In this document: positions 38,521 to 64,000 of the stretch, piece after piece
Layout: each line of letters starts with the position of its first letter
How positions within the stretch are numbered: position 1 is the first letter of the stretch
Assembly (NCBI GenBank): GCA_963693365.1
Contig: CAVNZM010000008.1
Span: 4,674,310 to 4,738,309, forward strand
Direction of reading: 5' to 3'
DNA: 64,000 nucleotides
DNA from: Amoebidium appalachense
Lineage: Eukaryota; Protista; Ichthyosporea
Made by a program: the position numbers and the translations under genes
The notes under the pieces: model-generated
The model's database searches: none
Told to the model about the DNA's origin: nothing
The model's input: the letters and a program-made list of their open reading frames with translations, nothing else

Positions 38521-39998
38521 ATCGATAATTGTCGCCAATTAGCCAATTCCTGACACATCCTCCTTGCATGGTCCGTTTGCAATTGACTACCTGCAGTTTT
38601 TTTTGCCTGGCCTCGTGCAGGCAAATACTGGTGGAGATCGCTTTCGCCACACGTAGTTGTTAAACTGGGTCCATGCACATAAGGGGTTGCTTGAAAAGGG
38701 CTGTGGAGACGCTATTAGGAGATTTTAGCTCCCCAAAAACGGAATGGGACGGCTAACGCCAACATGCTTTGCGTACGGGAGGGAGAAAAGAGAAAACGAA
38801 AAAACAAAAACAAAAAAACGGGCTCTGGACCATGATACGAGTCGTTCTTTATAGCAGAGCAGCAAACGGTCAAGTATTCGCCTAAATGTACCTATGATAC
38901 GTAACCAATCAGTTGTTTATATTTCAACAAAAGCAGAACTGTACGGTATTGAATGAACTGACGAAAGGCACTATCAGACAGTATGTAGCACTATACTACT
39001 ACAATGCTGTGTCAGTACAGCTGCATAGGAGCACCCTATTTCTAATAATGGGCTAGTGTGAATGGAAATAAACAACAACTTCATAAGTCCTAATAGACTT
39101 TGTATGCTACTCCAATTTTGATGGATCCGTCACCTGGACCATTAGCCAATCATACAGCTGTAACGGAGAGCGAATTTAGGCGCACTTGTTGACCTAACCC
39201 GCCAAAGCTCTGCTTGACCAAAGCCTTCTCTCTAACACACAGAAATACTGCCTATGATTTCAATTTATAGGGTGAATAAGAAAAGGCTGGTAGAGGATAT
39301 TCTTTCTCGAGTCAATCACAAACACTAAGTATAGTCTATGATAAACGTCGCTCTATATAGGGACCTTGTGAATCTATTTAGGTGGTTATTGCTCGAAGCA
39401 CAATCTTCAGCTCTTGGAACATCCCCTGTTAGGTAGCACAAGGCAGGAAGGTTTACACCACTACTGGCTGGGTACCTCTATAACTGTATAGGACCACACA
39501 GGTATGGCACAGGAAATCTTGGGCATTAACCCACCTCCCCCTCCTCCCTCCCCATTCCCATTCCTCGCGCCCCTCGTTTCCCACTCCTGATGTGAGTGTG
39601 TTACTTGTTGCTTCATTCAGCCCTCATCACATCAAGCTCCACGACACGAAGCTCTCTCGTTCATGTCTTTCGGCTCCGTTTCATACTTAGAGCCTTACAT
39701 CTTTCAGCCTGTATAATACACGCACTATACTCAGCTCTCTTGTTGCAGAGGTAAACCGACACACACAGCCCCAAACCGTTAGCACAGAACCATCATCTGC
39801 GTACACACTCCCCACACTCGCCTATCCGAAAACCCTTCATTATTCAAACTCCGAAGAACTGAATTTGATAACTTGCCACAATATATTTGGGTTTCATGGC
39901 TTTGACCGCTTGTTTGCCCGGTTCGGTCTGTGTCGTTGTGAACTTGACCATGTGTGCAGCGTTGCACCTTTTTCTTCTCTGCTCTTGGTATTCTTGAA

Positions 39999-40036
<38 letters not shown>

Positions 40037-41629
40037 CCCCTCCCTCTCACACACTCCGTCACACCTACTGCTTTTTAACCAATAGATATCATTTGGTTGC
40101 CTTCCATGTATGTTCCTTTATTGCCCAGCACTGTATACCCCTCTCGGCCCTTTGAACCCATATTGCCTTTGCACATTCAACATGGGTGTGTTTCATTACC
40201 ACAGAGCATTCAGTATCCCCCCCCCCCCCCCCCCCCCCCTCCCCCCCCCCAACCCCCAAACCCCCGCCACCTCCCCCCTTCTCCCCGTCCCCATCGTCCT
40301 TCTTTCCTTCCTTTTCCAGAACGACACACATACACCCTCATTCACTTCAAATATTAGCTGTCACGCGCACTCTAATGCAGTAAGATAAATTGATGCACAC
40401 TTGTCAGCTTGTTCTAACAGCTCGTTTTTTTGAGTAGATGTTTTGATAGTAAAAAAAAATACCTTTTTGTGTCGACACATGTTGTGGGGCCGCAGGTGCG
40501 ATTCTGAGCAACAATGTTGAAAGCTACTGCGTGTCTGTGTGTGAGTGCATGGGTGCGTGCACATGGATTTAAAAAAGTAGGAAATTAGTTTTTACGAAAC
40601 AATAAAAAAAGTAGGATTATGGGAGCGTTGTGGCTTCCATCGGTTGTTTGCTTTCTTGTGTGCCTCGGTGTGGGTGTATGGGTAGGGGAGGAAGGTGCTG
40701 GGGAAGCGGAAAGGGGGGATCCGGTTGGGTGGTTCGGTAGTGGTGGTGGTGGCGGCGGTGGTGTGTGTGTGCTTGTGTGTGTGTGTGTGTGTCTGTGTCT
40801 GTGTGTGTGTGTGTGTGTGTGTGTCTGGGGGGGGGGGGGGGGGGGGAGGGGGGGAGAAGGAGGGGGTGGGAGGGAGCGGGAGGGGAGAGTTTTCACAGGG
40901 CAATAATGATACAACCCTCTCGCGCACTACTCTGCAGAACAGAGGGGTGTCTCTGCCGTGACGTGGGGAGCCATGCTGGTGCCACACAGTCGCTTGTTTG
41001 TGTAGCCGAAAGGTCGGCTTTGGTGCAAAATGGAGAGAAAGGTAACCATCCCCCCCCCCCCACCCCACCCCCCGCCTCTTTCCCCACTCCTTTCCCTCCC
41101 CCCTCCTCCAGCCATCCCTCCCCCCCCCCCCCCCCCCCCCCCCCCCCTCTCTCCCCCCTCCCCCCTTCCCCGCCACGCCGATTTTTGAGAGAATTTAGGG
41201 GTTGTGTATGGGGTGTTGGGGTTAGCGAATGTGCGTGCGGGATGTGTGTAGGGTTGGTGGATATGGAAGTGGGAAGGAAGGGCAGGAAAAGGGAACACCT
41301 TTTTCGAAAAGACGTGCCCGTACACGTATGAACAAAAGAATGGATCGGGAAAAGAGAGTAAGGTTTTGTGTGTAAGCCGAAACAGAGTAAAAAATTGACG
41401 CAAAGAAGGGTGTGTGGGACAAAAAAAACAAAGAAACGAAAAAAGAAATGCATGCTCAGAGCGATAAAGTTATCGAAGATTATGAATGAAGCAAAAAAGA
41501 GAGAGAAAGAGAGAGAAAAAGAAAGGCAGGGGGGAGGGGGGAAAGAGCGGAAGCAGACGGAAAACATTTGATCGTATATGACACATAATATTGAATTATT
41601 CGACACTGCAGGCTGGGGAGGAGGGCTGG

Positions 41630-62819
<21,190 letters not shown>

Positions 62820-62925
62820 GTGGGTGGGTGTATGTGTGGTTTGGTGGGTGGGTGGGCGGTTGGGTGGGTGGGTGGGTGTGGTCGTGGGTGTAGGCATGAG
62901 TGTTGGTGAGTATGTGTGTATGTGG

Positions 62926-62960
<35 letters not shown>

Positions 62961-62965
62961 GGATG

Positions 62966-63994
<1,029 letters not shown>

Positions 63995-64000
63995 TTTCTT

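Overview
Eukaryotic nuclear DNA. It is intron-rich, and the introns are packed with poly-G/poly-C runs and (GT)n/(CA)n/(GA)n microsatellites, so most ORFs in the track are repeat artefacts. I rebuilt genes by hand from GT-AG boundaries and exon phase. In order: 5' exons of methylcrotonoyl-CoA carboxylase beta (MCCC2, minus strand, runs off the left edge); a 2-exon low-complexity hypothetical gene; a 3-exon TPR-like/ankyrin gene; a MOCS2 locus (MoaD-like small subunit followed by MoaE-like large subunit); an orphan exon joined to an inverted, inactivated 3' copy of MCCC2; a decayed short-intron gene; a TDT/SLAC1-family anion transporter; and a gene of at least 27 exons encoding two PH domains, an ADCY10/SgcA-type double cyclase and a STAND NTPase (runs off the right edge). 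The strongest leads are four. (1) Two in-frame splice donors flank the MoaD Gly-Gly-stop and could switch between a bicistronic mRNA and a MoaX-like MoaD-MoaE fusion. (2) The PH-PH-cyclase-STAND architecture has altered substrate-specifying residues. (3) Many acceptors are preceded by (CA)n instead of a pyrimidine tract. (4) A ~110-bp poly-C-tailed repeat sits in the sense orientation in introns. The organism cannot be determined from this window, and nothing was checked against databases.
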